From positions 864,001-928,000 of the forward strand of contig CAWETI010000003.1 of assembly GCA_963812015.1 (NCBI GenBank): a stretch of DNA of 64,000 nucleotides, in the 5' to 3' direction. Below, piece after piece: positions 1 through 10,571 of the stretch. The notes beneath the pieces were generated by a model, which saw nothing but the letters and a program-made list of their open reading frames with translations, was not told the DNA's origin and ran no database searches. Positions within the stretch are counted from its first letter, which is position 1, and every line of letters begins with the position of its first letter. Source of the DNA: an uncultured delta proteobacterium. GTDB taxonomy: Bacteria; Desulfobacterota; Desulfobaccia; Desulfobaccales; 0-14-0-80-60-11. The translations under genes were made by a program, and so were the position numbers.

Positions 1-9
1 GAACTGCGA

Positions 10-1785
10 GTGCTGCTTCGCCAGCTATCGCTCCTCTGGAAGTTCGAGCTGAGGGAGCTGGCGCCGGAAGAAAGCACACTGCCAACTGAAGATAGGAGTC
101 TCCTCATAGTCGACCTCGGTTCGGCGCCTGCCTTCTACCAGGAGGAGGTGGCCCGTCACGTGAAGGCCAGCTCGGCGCGGTCGCTGCTGTTTGCCACGCA
201 GGCCGTTACCTTACAGCCGGCCCTGAAGGAGCTGTCCGGGGTGAACGCCGTGGTCTGGCAGGGCTATGATATCGACCTGAACGTGAGTATAGCGAGTAAT
301 GATCCCCTGCTGCACGGCCTCGATGGGTCGTTGCGCCTTCTCAGGTTCAATAACGGTGCCGTTGGCGCCATCGAAACCGACAACGCCGCGATTTTACTAC
401 GCGCCGACAACGGCATGAACCTGTTAACCCGACGGAGCGCCTGCTACACGGTGGCTTTGCCTGTCTGGCAATTTGGCGTGGTTTCCTTCCCCGCCTGGTT
501 CAGGATAATGGAGAACGCTCTGTTTTTCAGCGACGGCGTGCCGCACACAGCCCCGGGACCTTACGTGGCCTTCCGTATCGACGATCTGCCCCTTACTGGA
601 GAATCGTTTTTGAAGCAAGGTTATGCCGAGGCCAGGGCCTGTGGGGAAATCCGGGAAATCCAGGCCGGGCACCGCCTTTATGGGGCCAAAATGGAGTACA
701 TGGTTTCATCTCATGCCATGACGTCCGAGGGGAAGCTCATAAATGCCACGGAACTGGCGCCCAAGGCATTCGGGTTGCTGCGGGAGCTCTATCAGCGGGG
801 GGAGATCAACATCGGGGCGCACGGCCGCGCCCATCTAGATGTTTCAGAGTATCGCCGGACCCGCAAGTTAGTGCCCTACGAATTCGACGCCCTGGATAAG
901 ACAGAGACGCGTGAAACTCTGAAGGGGTTAAAACAATGGCTCTCTGAGATGTTTGCGAAAACAAGGCAGGGTTTTGTGGCCCCGGCGTGGGGGTATAAAG
1001 AGGATGTGACTAAGCCCGAGGCAGCCAGCTTGTTCAGTTACATTGCCGACAGCAACCAGCATTTGCAACAGTCGGATTGCCAGGACCTATTCGGGACAAT
1101 ACGGACCGGCTGCGTGAGCCTGTTTGAAACCTGGCGCTCCGGGATGTCTGGCATCAGGATGACGGATAGTGACCTGTTCCGCGCCTACCTGGGGGCTGGT
1201 CTGCCGATTCATCTGATGCTGCATGGGCCTTTTTCACGAGACCCGCTGACCCGCGGACATAAAATTGTATTTCTGGGGTTTGCCTTCCTCTTTTTTGTGA
1301 CCCTGGATTTCTGGTTAGGATACAATTTTAATAGCAAATTGTTGCTGGTCTCTCTGTTACTACAGGTCGCGGCAATTCTTGTGGCACATGGAAACCGGCG
1401 TAATCTGGGATGGTGGCTGAGGTTAGCAATTTCACGTCTCGGCTTTGGCGAACCCTTGCGGCATCTGGCAAGGGTGGCATCTCAAGCAGGAGCAGAATGG
1501 ATTTTTTTGCAAGAGCTGGCCGACCACATGGCTGAATATGAGGCGCTGTCGGTACAGCCCATCACCGTAAAAGAAAATCACTCGAAGATTCGGCTCGTTT
1601 GTACCAGCCGGATTGCCCGGCCGGTGTCAATTCATTTTCCTGGCGCCGTGGCGCAGATAGCCGTCCAGCCCGAAGTCCCTATCCTGTCGATTACAGATAG
1701 CTTGGTGCGTCTGGGCCCGCTGGCAATTGGGACCTACGAGCTGTCAGCAGCCATGGAGGGAAGACCTCGTGCCGGCATATATTAA
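10..1785 (+). CDS. Polysaccharide deacetylase-like (CE4/NodB-type) protein with internal TM segments; probably 5'-truncated by the window edge
   Basis: Motifs AFRIDD, GAHGRAH and GFVAPAW typical of CE4-like deacetylases; the frame is open from base 1. Confidence 0.6.
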   Translation: MLLRQLSLLWKFELRELAPEESTLPTEDRSLLIVDLGSAPAFYQEEVARHVKASSARSLLFATQAVTLQPALKELSGVNAVVWQGYDIDLNVSIASNDPLLHGLDGSLRLLRFNNGAVGAIETDNAAILLRADNGMNLLTRRSACYTVALPVWQFGVVSFPAWFRIMENALFFSDGVPHTAPGPYVAFRIDDLPLTGESFLKQGYAEARACGEIREIQAGHRLYGAKMEYMVSSHAMTSEGKLINATELAPKAFGLLRELYQRGEINIGAHGRAHLDVSEYRRTRKLVPYEFDALDKTETRETLKGLKQWLSEMFAKTRQGFVAPAWGYKEDVTKPEAASLFSYIADSNQHLQQSDCQDLFGTIRTGCVSLFETWRSGMSGIRMTDSDLFRAYLGAGLPIHLMLHGPFSRDPLTRGHKIVFLGFAFLFFVTLDFWLGYNFNSKLLLVSLLLQVAAILVAHGNRRNLGWWLRLAISRLGFGEPLRHLARVASQAGAEWIFLQELADHMAEYEALSVQPITVKENHSKIRLVCTSRIARPVSIHFPGAVAQIAVQPEVPILSITDSLVRLGPLAIGTYELSAAMEGRPRAGIY

Positions 1786-2992
1786 TAATCCATATTTCAT
1801 CCTATTGTTGGCGGTCCTCGTCGCGGGCCTGAGCTATGTCATCCTGCGGCCCGAAGCCATCCCTGCCTTTCTTTTCCTGCTGCTTTCAGGCCTCGATGTG
1901 TTTTTAATTGAAGCGACCAATATCCAGCAGGTGCCACTCCTCAAGGCTATCATCCTGCCCGGACTGATGGTGGTGTTGCTGCTGCGTAAAATACAGTCCG
2001 GTGAAAAAATGCCCCTGGCTGGCTTTGTCTGGGTGATTAGCTACACTGCTTTTGTAATTTTTTCCTGTCTGATCAACGGGGCAGACATAAACAAGTACCG
2101 GTCTGCGTTCTCCGTCCTACTTCTCCCGCTAGTGGTGGCGCTATGTCCCAATAACGAAAAGACGGTGAAATATCTAACTATCGCCTTTGCAGTTTGGGGA
2201 CTTGCCAACTTTCTTACCATTCTGGCTACCTTGGCGGGACTTGGCTGGGCCAGGGGCCTGGTTACCGATGTTGACCTCGTGACCATCCGGCCGCATGGGT
2301 TGGAGAGACACTCGACAATAATGGGGATGTATTTTGTCATTTGCCTGAACGCAGTACATGTGCTCTTTTACCAAGCCAGAACTAGGTTCAGACACCTATT
2401 GCTGTTCGCCTTGGGAGCCTGTCTGGCCGTGGGACTATTTGCCACTATATCGGTCGCGGCATTGGCCAGCTGGGTGTGTTCATTTCTATTCATCCAGTAC
2501 CGGTTGCGCGGCATCAGATTGAACACTTTGATCGGCGTCGGAGCATGCGCGGTCGTCGTCTTCGGACTGATAGCTTTACCGAACCTGGATGCTTTGCTGG
2601 GGCGTATGACTTCATTGTTAACCGACGGGTCGGCCCGGGCGCGTGTGCCACTGCTGCAAATGGGAATGAGACTTTTCCTCACCAGTCCACTAGTAGGAGT
2701 AAGCCTGGGACAGGGGGGTAGGATGCACCTGGAAGCGCACAATACTTACATGCAGGTGCTGATGGAGGACGGTATCATCGGCTTCCTGCTGTTTGCCGGG
2801 GTGCTTTGGAAAGGGCTGAGCGGGCTGCGCCGGAGGGCCGGCCAGGACGAGCCCGCGGCGGTCTCCCCGGAAGCGGCCTATTATGTCGGCCTCGTCGGCA
2901 CGATGTTAGCGATTATGATAAATGGCCTGGCCCACTGCAATGACTATCTGATGCCGCTCTGGTTGATCCTGGGCATCGGTTTTATGGTATAA
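1769..2992 (+). CDS. O-antigen ligase / Wzy-type polymerase
   Basis: Multi-TM protein with SARAR...GVSLG...AHNTYMQVLMEDGIIG motif; GTG start at 1769 after GGAGG. Confidence 0.85.
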   Translation: MPAYINNPYFILLLAVLVAGLSYVILRPEAIPAFLFLLLSGLDVFLIEATNIQQVPLLKAIILPGLMVVLLLRKIQSGEKMPLAGFVWVISYTAFVIFSCLINGADINKYRSAFSVLLLPLVVALCPNNEKTVKYLTIAFAVWGLANFLTILATLAGLGWARGLVTDVDLVTIRPHGLERHSTIMGMYFVICLNAVHVLFYQARTRFRHLLLFALGACLAVGLFATISVAALASWVCSFLFIQYRLRGIRLNTLIGVGACAVVVFGLIALPNLDALLGRMTSLLTDGSARARVPLLQMGMRLFLTSPLVGVSLGQGGRMHLEAHNTYMQVLMEDGIIGFLLFAGVLWKGLSGLRRRAGQDEPAAVSPEAAYYVGLVGTMLAIMINGLAHCNDYLMPLWLILGIGFMV

Positions 2993-2994
2993 CA

Positions 2995-4113
2995 ATGCCA
3001 CTCAGCGTCTGTTTCCTCTCAATGGGCGCCTACCCCACCTTGGTCGGGACTCTGCAGCCCTACGTGGGCGGCGCCGAGGTGCAGCAGGTCCTGATAGCCT
3101 GGTACCTGGCGCGGCGCGGTTATCAGGTGGCGTTCGTGACCCTGGACTTCGGCCAACCCGAGACGACAAAGGTTGACGGGATAACATGCTACAAGGCCTA
3201 TCGAACCGAGGCAGGTATTCCTTATCTGCGATTTTTCTACCCGCGTTGGACCAGCATCTGGGGCGCCTTACGCCGGGCCGATGCCGACATCTACTACCAG
3301 CGTTGCGCCGGCATGGAAACCGGCCTCCTAGCCGCCTTCTGTCGCCGCCATCACCGGAAGTTCGTGTTTGCTGCCGGTTCAGACACCGATTTCGACCTAA
3401 AGCGGGCCATGATCCCGACCTGGCGCGACCGACTGCTCTATATGTATGGCCTGCACGGCGCCGACGCCATCGTCACCCAAACCGAAAGGCAACGTGCCCT
3501 GTTGCGGCAAAACTTCGGACTCGAAGCGCAGCTGATCCCCAACTGCTGGGCCGAGGAGCTGACAGCCCCCAAAACGCTTGACGAACAGGACTGCGTACTG
3601 TGGGTGAGCACAGTGCGCATCTGGAAACGCCCGGGGCTATTCCTCGATCTGGCGGAGTGCCTGCCGAAGGTCCGATTTGTCATGGTGGGCGGTCCAGCAT
3701 TTGGAGAAGCTGTTCTATACGAACATATTGAGCAACGGGCCCGGAGAATCCCTAACCTGTCCTTTGTGGGGTTCGTGCCGTTCTACGAAGTCAGTCGTTA
3801 TTTTGACCGGGCGGCCCTGGTGGTCAATACTTCGGAACCCAAAGAAGGCTTCCCCAACACCTTTCTGCAGGCGTGGTGCCGCGGACTCCCGGTGGTGAGC
3901 TTCTTCGACCCCGACGGGATTATCCAACGGCAGCAGCTGGGGTTTGCCGTTAACAGCCTGGATACCATGCGTCATGGAGTGCTGAAGCTTTTGAACGACA
4001 CAGACCTATATGGGCAAATACAACGAAACGTCCTAAAGTATTTTCAAGCCAATCATCGCATTGAAAGGCTCGGACCGCGTTATGAAGCATTATTCAACGG
4101 ATTAATGAGATGA
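2995..4113 (+). CDS. Glycosyltransferase family 4
   Basis: GGAE motif and EGFPNTFLQAW signature. Confidence 0.9.
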   Translation: MPLSVCFLSMGAYPTLVGTLQPYVGGAEVQQVLIAWYLARRGYQVAFVTLDFGQPETTKVDGITCYKAYRTEAGIPYLRFFYPRWTSIWGALRRADADIYYQRCAGMETGLLAAFCRRHHRKFVFAAGSDTDFDLKRAMIPTWRDRLLYMYGLHGADAIVTQTERQRALLRQNFGLEAQLIPNCWAEELTAPKTLDEQDCVLWVSTVRIWKRPGLFLDLAECLPKVRFVMVGGPAFGEAVLYEHIEQRARRIPNLSFVGFVPFYEVSRYFDRAALVVNTSEPKEGFPNTFLQAWCRGLPVVSFFDPDGIIQRQQLGFAVNSLDTMRHGVLKLLNDTDLYGQIQRNVLKYFQANHRIERLGPRYEALFNGLMR

Positions 4114-5267
4114 AAAAGTCCCAACGGATCAGGGTGTTGCATCTGGTTCCTTCACTGGCGACGGGTGGAGCGGAAACCAACCTCCTCGCCCTACTGCGCC
4201 ACTTCGACCATGAGCGGTTTGAACACGCCGTGGGGTTCGGTGGTGGCGGGGTGCTGGAAACGGAATTCTCCAGGACCGACGGGCAAATGTTGCGGCTGTG
4301 GCCGCGGCTTATAGATCTGCGTTCGCTGCTGGCGCTACCCCTAATACTCAGGCGGATTGAAGGGTTTGTTCCTGACCTCATCCATTCTCACCTGGATATG
4401 ACCAGCTTACTGGGGTTGGCCGCCAAGTCTAGGCTGAAGTGCGGGCTGGTGCTCCATTTTCATGCATTTGGGATTGTACCTCAAAGAGACATGCCAGGCA
4501 GGAGCCCGAATTATTTGATCTGGAGATTACTAACCCGCACTTTTCGCTTTTGCGACCGGGCCATTGCCATCTGCTCTTATCAATTACCTTACCTTGACAG
4601 GCTGGGGATGCGCGGTGAACAGGTTGCCCTGATTCCCAACGGCATCACCCTGGAAGGCGCGTCAGAGACTGCAGCCAAAAAAATTGATGGTTACCAATTC
4701 GTTCACGTGGCCCGCTTTTCACCGGAAAAAGACCATAACTTGCTGGTAAGGGCATTCCACCGGGTCAGCCGCGAGCTACCCGAGGCCCGCCTGGTGCTGG
4801 TGGGTGACGGGCCGTTACACGTCGCCGTCGAACAGCAGGTGCAGGCGCTGGATTTGGCAGATAAGGTAACGTTCATGGGACTGCGGCGGGACGTACCGGA
4901 AATTCTGGCCGCCAGTCACTGTTTCGTACTGAGCTCCCGCTGGGAGCTGCAGCCGATAACCATACTCGAGGCCATGCGCGCCGGCCTGCCGGTGATCGCC
5001 ACCGCGGTGGGCGGCGTCGCCGATACGGTGGCAGACGGGCTCAGCGGCCTGCTGGTCAAGCCGGGCGACGAGGCCGGCCTGGCCGACGCCATGCTGGCCC
5101 TATGCACTCACCCGGAGCAAGGCATGGCTATGGGCGCCCACGGCCTACGCCTGGCCCGGGAAAAGTTTTCGAACACCCTCGTGGCAAAAAGAATCGAGGC
5201 TGAATATCTGAATATCTTGGGATTAGCCTCCCATGAAGAAACACGTCCTATCATCAAGCTGTCTTAG
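4110..5267 (+). CDS. Glycosyltransferase family 4
   Basis: GGAE motif and ELQPITILEAMRAGLPVIAT signature; ATGA overlap with the upstream gene. Confidence 0.9.
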   Translation: MKKSQRIRVLHLVPSLATGGAETNLLALLRHFDHERFEHAVGFGGGGVLETEFSRTDGQMLRLWPRLIDLRSLLALPLILRRIEGFVPDLIHSHLDMTSLLGLAAKSRLKCGLVLHFHAFGIVPQRDMPGRSPNYLIWRLLTRTFRFCDRAIAICSYQLPYLDRLGMRGEQVALIPNGITLEGASETAAKKIDGYQFVHVARFSPEKDHNLLVRAFHRVSRELPEARLVLVGDGPLHVAVEQQVQALDLADKVTFMGLRRDVPEILAASHCFVLSSRWELQPITILEAMRAGLPVIATAVGGVADTVADGLSGLLVKPGDEAGLADAMLALCTHPEQGMAMGAHGLRLAREKFSNTLVAKRIEAEYLNILGLASHEETRPIIKLS

Positions 5268-5287
5268 TCAGGATAACCGGAGGGGAA

Positions 5288-5523
5288 ATGGCAAGTAGAA
5301 AATTATCAGGACTGCTCGTAGTTTTTTCCGGTGCTTTTGCGGCTAGTCTTCTTTTCAACATCCTTTATGTGTCACCCGAAATAACTGGGGACGCCAAGGA
5401 TTACATCTTAATAGCCAATGGTCTCGCAAAAAATGGTTCCTGGCTCACTTTCGGGAGACCGCCGCTATTCCCCGTTGTATTGGCGATCTTGTCCAAACTC
5501 GGGTTCGGCTTATTTCAAACTAG
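5288..5523 (+). pseudogene. N-terminus of a membrane GT-C/ArnT-like protein truncated by IS5
   Basis: TM segment, GDAKDY and RPPLFP motifs; the frame runs into the IS end at 5524. Confidence 0.6.
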
Positions 5524-6874
5524 CAGGATGTTGAAAAACCAAGGTAATTCAGCGGTGTCTCCTGTTTCGGGGCGGCTTTGGGACCCTTATGACGGGCAAA
5601 TTCGCTAATAAATCTGGGCCGTTTGCTCCTTCGATTGCCGCTTGCCGGGAGAATCGCCGTATTCTCAGTGTCTGTTTTGATTCAGGGAGAAACCGCCGCC
5701 GTCAGGGTGCGTATTCGCACCAGATTGTACGCCGCGGCCGTGAGGGTGAATACCCAGGCCACCCGCTCGGTTCCTCGGTGTGGGGTTTTCCTGAGATTGC
5801 CGACGGTTTTCATCCAGCCGAAGATTTCCTCCACCCGTTTGCGCAGGCGCTGACTGATGGCGTAGCCCGGGTGGCGGGTGGTGCGGCCGTCGATGGCCGA
5901 GTTCCTGCTCTTGCAGTTTTGGGCCACATGCGGCGCGGCATTCAGGACACGCAGCGATTGGACAAACTCCTGAGTATCATAAGCTTTATCACCGCCCACC
6001 GTAATGCGATGCCAGCCGGGAAAGTCGCCAACCATGCCCTCTGCCGCGTCCCGCTCGGCGGTGCCGGTAGCCGCAGTGAGGCGGGGAGTGATGATCAGGC
6101 CGTGACGGTTCTCCATCAGCACATGCCCCATGAAGCAGAGCTTGGCTTCTTTGCCTTTGCCCTTGCGGAAAAGCCGCGCCTCCGGGTCGGTGGTGGAGGC
6201 GTGGGTTTGGTTCAGGCGCCGTTCTCCATGAAAATCCACTTCCGGGTTGCGACCGCCGCCGCCCTCGGGAGGCGGGGCGTCCTTGGGGCGAAAACTCTTC
6301 AGGGAAGCCCAGGCCTCAATGAGGGTGCCGTCCACGGTGAAATGGTCGTCCGACAGCAGTCCGGCTTGGGCGGCTTGCGCTTTGATGCGCCCGAAAAAGG
6401 CCGCTGCCAGGTCCGAACCGAGAAAGCGCTCTTGATTCTTGGAAAAGACGGAATGGTCCCAGACCTTGTCGTCCATGGATAGACCAACAAACCAGCGAAA
6501 CAGGAGATTGTAATCCAACTGCTCCATCAACAGTCGTTCGCTGCGGATGGTGTAAAGGACTTGCAGCAACAAGGCGCGCAGCAGCTTCTCCGGCGGGATG
6601 GAGGGCCGTCCCTCGCTGGAATACATGGCCTGAAAATCACGGGACAAGTCAGCTAAGGCCTGGTTCACCATTTTCCGGATTGGCCGGAGAGGATGATCCT
6701 GAGGCACACGAGCTTCGGGGGAAAGGTAGCTGAACATGGCTTCCTGCTGCACATCGTCACCGCGCATAATCGCTGCCTCCGGATAACATATTGTTATCTT
6801 TAACTAAAACACTTTTTCGGCCTTATCGGCAGCGATTTTTGGGGTTCTCAAGAAAAGGGTTTTTCAACAGCCTG
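5524..6874 (-). mobile_element. IS5-family insertion sequence
   Basis: Terminal IRs CAGGATGTTGAAAAA (5524) and TTTTTCAACAGCCTG (ends 6874); flanks CTAG and TTAA. Confidence 0.9.
5682..6767 (-). CDS. IS5-family DDE transposase
   Basis: GRPSIPPEKLLRALLLQ, LLFRWFVGL, VDGTLIEA, GDKAYD and RKRVEEIFGW motifs. Confidence 0.95.
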   Translation of the reverse strand: MRGDDVQQEAMFSYLSPEARVPQDHPLRPIRKMVNQALADLSRDFQAMYSSEGRPSIPPEKLLRALLLQVLYTIRSERLLMEQLDYNLLFRWFVGLSMDDKVWDHSVFSKNQERFLGSDLAAAFFGRIKAQAAQAGLLSDDHFTVDGTLIEAWASLKSFRPKDAPPPEGGGGRNPEVDFHGERRLNQTHASTTDPEARLFRKGKGKEAKLCFMGHVLMENRHGLIITPRLTAATGTAERDAAEGMVGDFPGWHRITVGGDKAYDTQEFVQSLRVLNAAPHVAQNCKSRNSAIDGRTTRHPGYAISQRLRKRVEEIFGWMKTVGNLRKTPHRGTERVAWVFTLTAAAYNLVRIRTLTAAVSP

Positions 6875-7102
6875 TTAAAGCCGGGAGGAAAAGCTATTTT
6901 TCGAGGTGTAATAAAAATAAATATATTCTTACAATTGTTCCCAAACGTTACCCCAATGTGGCGAACTCCTGATGAGCATCCATTAACTAAGGATGATATA
7001 AAGATATTAGCAAATAATAAACACATTGTACCGCAACGGAAGAATTCACGAAAGAAACAAGTGGGTCTGCTCTTTTTAGGGAAAAGGCAAATATACTCAT
7101 GA
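6875..7102 (+). pseudogene. C-terminal remnant of a class I SAM methyltransferase
   Basis: LKPGGKAIF...TP..RTPDEHPL sequence with no N-terminus; begins at the IS end. Confidence 0.5.
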
Positions 7103-8268
7103 GCGAGTGTCTATTCGTCGAGGCGTGTGATTTCATATCATATCCCCCAGGAGGCCAGCTTTCTTTTGCCCGCCAGATGATGTCTGCCTTCGGCAACAGG
7201 CTGGCTTTAGTCGGTATCAGTATAGATCAAACACCTTGTGGGCAATGGATAAAAAAGAGAATCGATGGAGTTGAATATGATTTCTTCGCGATAGGAAAAA
7301 GAGCGCCAATTACCAGGAGGCCGGTTATTCCACGCAGGCTCAGCGCTTTTCTGCAGCTCAAACTAAATAAGAAAAGTATACTCAGTCGTAGTCACAAAAA
7401 GGTTTTCATCAACTCTCCTGAAGCCGCTTTAGCCATGGTAGAATGGAGTTTTGAACAATCTTGCTACTGCTTTCACGGTGTAGAGAATCCGTTAGTTTTT
7501 TCCAGGTATAAAGTGGGGAGATTATTCGGTTCAGTATTTGAGCGGCTCCTTTTCAAAGCGGTTCTCAAAGCCGGTGTCGTTTTAGCATGCTCAGACGACA
7601 CGGAAGTGGCAACCCTGGTCGAGCGAAGCAAGGGAGTATTTACACAGGGCTCAATTGTTCCGTTCCCCACGAGGGTGGACACCTCGGTTTTTAGGCCTTT
7701 TGATATTAGCGAAGCTAGGGCCCGCCTGGGAATCACCATGCAAGAACCTGTGTTCGTGGTTTCCGGCAGATTGAATACCTACAAAGGGTGGCGTCTGGTA
7801 CTGGATGCTTTTGCTCTGTTTATTAAGCGGAAGAGGCATGGCCGGCTCATATTTGTAGGAGATGGAGAAGATCGTCACCTCTTAGAAGCTCAAATAGCCA
7901 TGATGGAACTCAAAGACCGAGTCAGGATAACAGGATTCGTGCCGCCATCAGAGGTCGTATGGTATCTGAATGCCGCAGATATATATGTGGTTGGCTCATT
8001 GAGGGAGGGCTGGTCTGTCGCCATGCTGGAAGCTTTAGCATGCGGCAAGATTATTGTCTCAACTGATGTGAGTGGAGCCAAAGAGATGGTGAGAGAGGGA
8101 GAGAACGGCCTGGTTATTCGCCAACGGGACCCTCATGCTTTTGCGCTCGGTATGGAGAAAGCGCTCATGCTGCCAGACGCGCAGAAAACCTCATTTTCAA
8201 TCGCTCATAAGTATTCCTTGGATGGTCTGAGGGCAGACATGGTAAAAGTTTGGCCCGCCTTGAGTTAG
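7099..8268 (+). CDS. Glycosyltransferase family 4
   Basis: KGWR and EGWSVAMLEALACG signature. Confidence 0.9.
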   Translation: MSECLFVEACDFISYPPGGQLSFARQMMSAFGNRLALVGISIDQTPCGQWIKKRIDGVEYDFFAIGKRAPITRRPVIPRRLSAFLQLKLNKKSILSRSHKKVFINSPEAALAMVEWSFEQSCYCFHGVENPLVFSRYKVGRLFGSVFERLLFKAVLKAGVVLACSDDTEVATLVERSKGVFTQGSIVPFPTRVDTSVFRPFDISEARARLGITMQEPVFVVSGRLNTYKGWRLVLDAFALFIKRKRHGRLIFVGDGEDRHLLEAQIAMMELKDRVRITGFVPPSEVVWYLNAADIYVVGSLREGWSVAMLEALACGKIIVSTDVSGAKEMVREGENGLVIRQRDPHAFALGMEKALMLPDAQKTSFSIAHKYSLDGLRADMVKVWPALS

Positions 8269-8294
8269 AGGAAAAGTGTTCCTAACAGGGCGCT

Positions 8295-9569
8295 ATGAAG
8301 GTTATCCTGGCTCACAACTACTATGGCTCCTCAGCCCCTAGCGGCGAGAACATGGTCTTCGAAGCAGAAGCTCAATTGCTACGCCAGCGGGGCCATACCG
8401 TGATTGAGTTAATCCGGCACAGCGACGAGATCCGTAGTCAGGGGGCGTGGGGAAGCATTCGAGGAGCCTTCAGCACACCCTGGAACCCCTTTAGTAAGCG
8501 GGAGGCAGAGAGGCTGATCAGGCGGGTGGCGCCGGATATTTTCCATGTGCATAACAGCTTTCCGCTTTTCTCACCCTCGGTGTTCTATGCTGCGAGGACG
8601 TCAGGAACCGCGAAGGTTTTGACCTTACACAACTTCCGGACTTATTGCGCCGCAGGCATACCGATGCGGGGCGAGAAGCCCTGCACGGATTGTATGGACA
8701 ATCGCAGTGTAAGACCAGCTCTCCGCCACCGGTGTTATCGGGGAAGCCTGGCGGCCACTCTCCCGATTGCGGCCATGATATGGCTGCACCGGCGACTGAA
8801 AACCTGGGAGTTGCAGATCGACGCTTTTATTGCGCTGACGGAGTTCCAGAAGAATATCCTTTGTGGCACCGGGCTCCCAAGAGAGCGGGTCTTCGTGAAG
8901 CCCAATTTCTACCCGAATCCTCCCGAACCCCTGCCCTGGAACGAGAGGGAGGCTAAGGTCATATTCATCGGGCGACTCGGTACCGAGAAAGGATGCCATA
9001 TTCTGATAGAGGCTTGGCGCCGCTGGGGGCCGGAGGCACCGCGGCTCGAGGTGATCGGTGATGGACCTGAGCGGCTGAGACTTGAGGAATTTGCAGCTGG
9101 GACCGGCTTATCTGAGAGAGTTGCTTTTCGGGGCCAGTTATCCTTAGAGGAAGTCCAGGAAAGTTTGGGAAGGGCGCGGCTGCTCGTCTTCCCGTCACTC
9201 TGGTTTGAGGGTTTCCCCATGGTTATCCTAGAGGCTTTTGCGCTCGGAGTTCCGGTGGCCGCTTCCAGGCTCGGCTCAATGCCCTGTTTGATTGACGAAG
9301 CAGTCTCAGGAACGCTTTTCGAGGCTGGAAACGCCGACGAACTCTTGCATAAAGTAAAAAAAGCCTGGGAGGTGCCCCAGAGGCTTGGAGCCTGGGGAGC
9401 GGCGGCGCGGAGGGAGTTTGAACGGAAGTTTACCGCCGAGGCCAACTACCAACTCCTCATACAGATCTATGAAGCAGCCATCGAGCACAAGAAGAAAAAG
9501 CTCTCCATGAGGAACTCTAAATATAGAGATAGCTCTTTGGTTGCATTCTATAACGGAAATGATTTATAA
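8295..9569 (+). CDS. Glycosyltransferase family 4
   Basis: EKG and EGFPMVILEAFALG signature; Cys cluster insertion. Confidence 0.9.
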   Translation: MKVILAHNYYGSSAPSGENMVFEAEAQLLRQRGHTVIELIRHSDEIRSQGAWGSIRGAFSTPWNPFSKREAERLIRRVAPDIFHVHNSFPLFSPSVFYAARTSGTAKVLTLHNFRTYCAAGIPMRGEKPCTDCMDNRSVRPALRHRCYRGSLAATLPIAAMIWLHRRLKTWELQIDAFIALTEFQKNILCGTGLPRERVFVKPNFYPNPPEPLPWNEREAKVIFIGRLGTEKGCHILIEAWRRWGPEAPRLEVIGDGPERLRLEEFAAGTGLSERVAFRGQLSLEEVQESLGRARLLVFPSLWFEGFPMVILEAFALGVPVAASRLGSMPCLIDEAVSGTLFEAGNADELLHKVKKAWEVPQRLGAWGAAARREFERKFTAEANYQLLIQIYEAAIEHKKKKLSMRNSKYRDSSLVAFYNGNDL

Positions 9570-9604
9570 AAATATCCACTGGCGAATACGGAGGTAACAG
9601 AAGA

Positions 9605-10363
9605 TTGTCCCAAGGGGAAGCAAATGTTTTTGGGTACCAGATTAGTGGCAGGGGGCTCGATGGCGATGTCGCACTGGCCTGCAATTTAATCACGTCAGGA
9701 CAGCATGGCCGCTATTTGGCGTGCGCCAACCCACATTCTCTGGTGATCGCTTCCCGTGACCTGGCTTTTGCTAAAGCTTTAAAGCAGTCGGATATCCTTC
9801 TCCCTGATGGGAAAGGAATATTGATAGCTGCCCGGGCTTTAGACCTGCCGATCAAACAGCAGGTTACAGGTTCAGATTTTTTCCGCGGTCTAACCACGGC
9901 ACTTTCAAAAGAAGGGGGAGCACGCTACTTTTTTTTAGGGTCTACCAACCGCGTGCTTACGCTTATAACGGAGCGGATGAGAAAGGAATTTCCCAATATC
10001 GAAGTTTGTGGAACGCTGTCGCCACCATTTAAGGTAGAATTCAGCAATGAGAATAATCGCGAAATGGTGGCGGCGGTAAATGCGGCACAGCCAGATGTTC
10101 TGTGGGTGGGCATGACGGCGCCAAAGCAGGAGAAATGGATTTGCGAAAACCGGGATAAGCTGCAGGTGCCTCTAATTGGTGCAATTGGCGCGGTATTCGA
10201 CTTCTATGCTGGAACGAAGAAGAGATCACGGGTATTTTGGCAAAGGTTGGGACTCGAATGGCTACCAAGATTTTTACGCGAACCAAAGAGGCTTTGGGAG
10301 CGGAATCTGAAATCCACTCCGATATTCTTGTATTGGATTGCCAAAAAGATGATAAGAAAATGA
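9605..10363 (+). CDS. WecB/TagA/CpsF family glycosyltransferase
   Basis: ANPH, PDG, GMTAPKQE, GAVFDF and GLEWLPRFLREPKRLW motifs. Confidence 0.93.
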   Translation: MSQGEANVFGYQISGRGLDGDVALACNLITSGQHGRYLACANPHSLVIASRDLAFAKALKQSDILLPDGKGILIAARALDLPIKQQVTGSDFFRGLTTALSKEGGARYFFLGSTNRVLTLITERMRKEFPNIEVCGTLSPPFKVEFSNENNREMVAAVNAAQPDVLWVGMTAPKQEKWICENRDKLQVPLIGAIGAVFDFYAGTKKRSRVFWQRLGLEWLPRFLREPKRLWERNLKSTPIFLYWIAKKMIRK

Positions 10364-10571
10364 ACAAAATAGTTCGGGTAAAAATTTTTTCAATATTTTT
10401 TCGGATAAGCTCTCCCATAGCTCTCCCCCGATTTAGTTGCCAGGCCTTCGACGCCCACGAAATCAGCAACGATTTTCTTGATGGTTATTTGGCCTAAAAA
10501 CTGCTAAAAAATTATAGCATCAACGTTCCTTGCGGCAGATTGGATGGATTGGCTATTTTCAGGGAAGGGCA

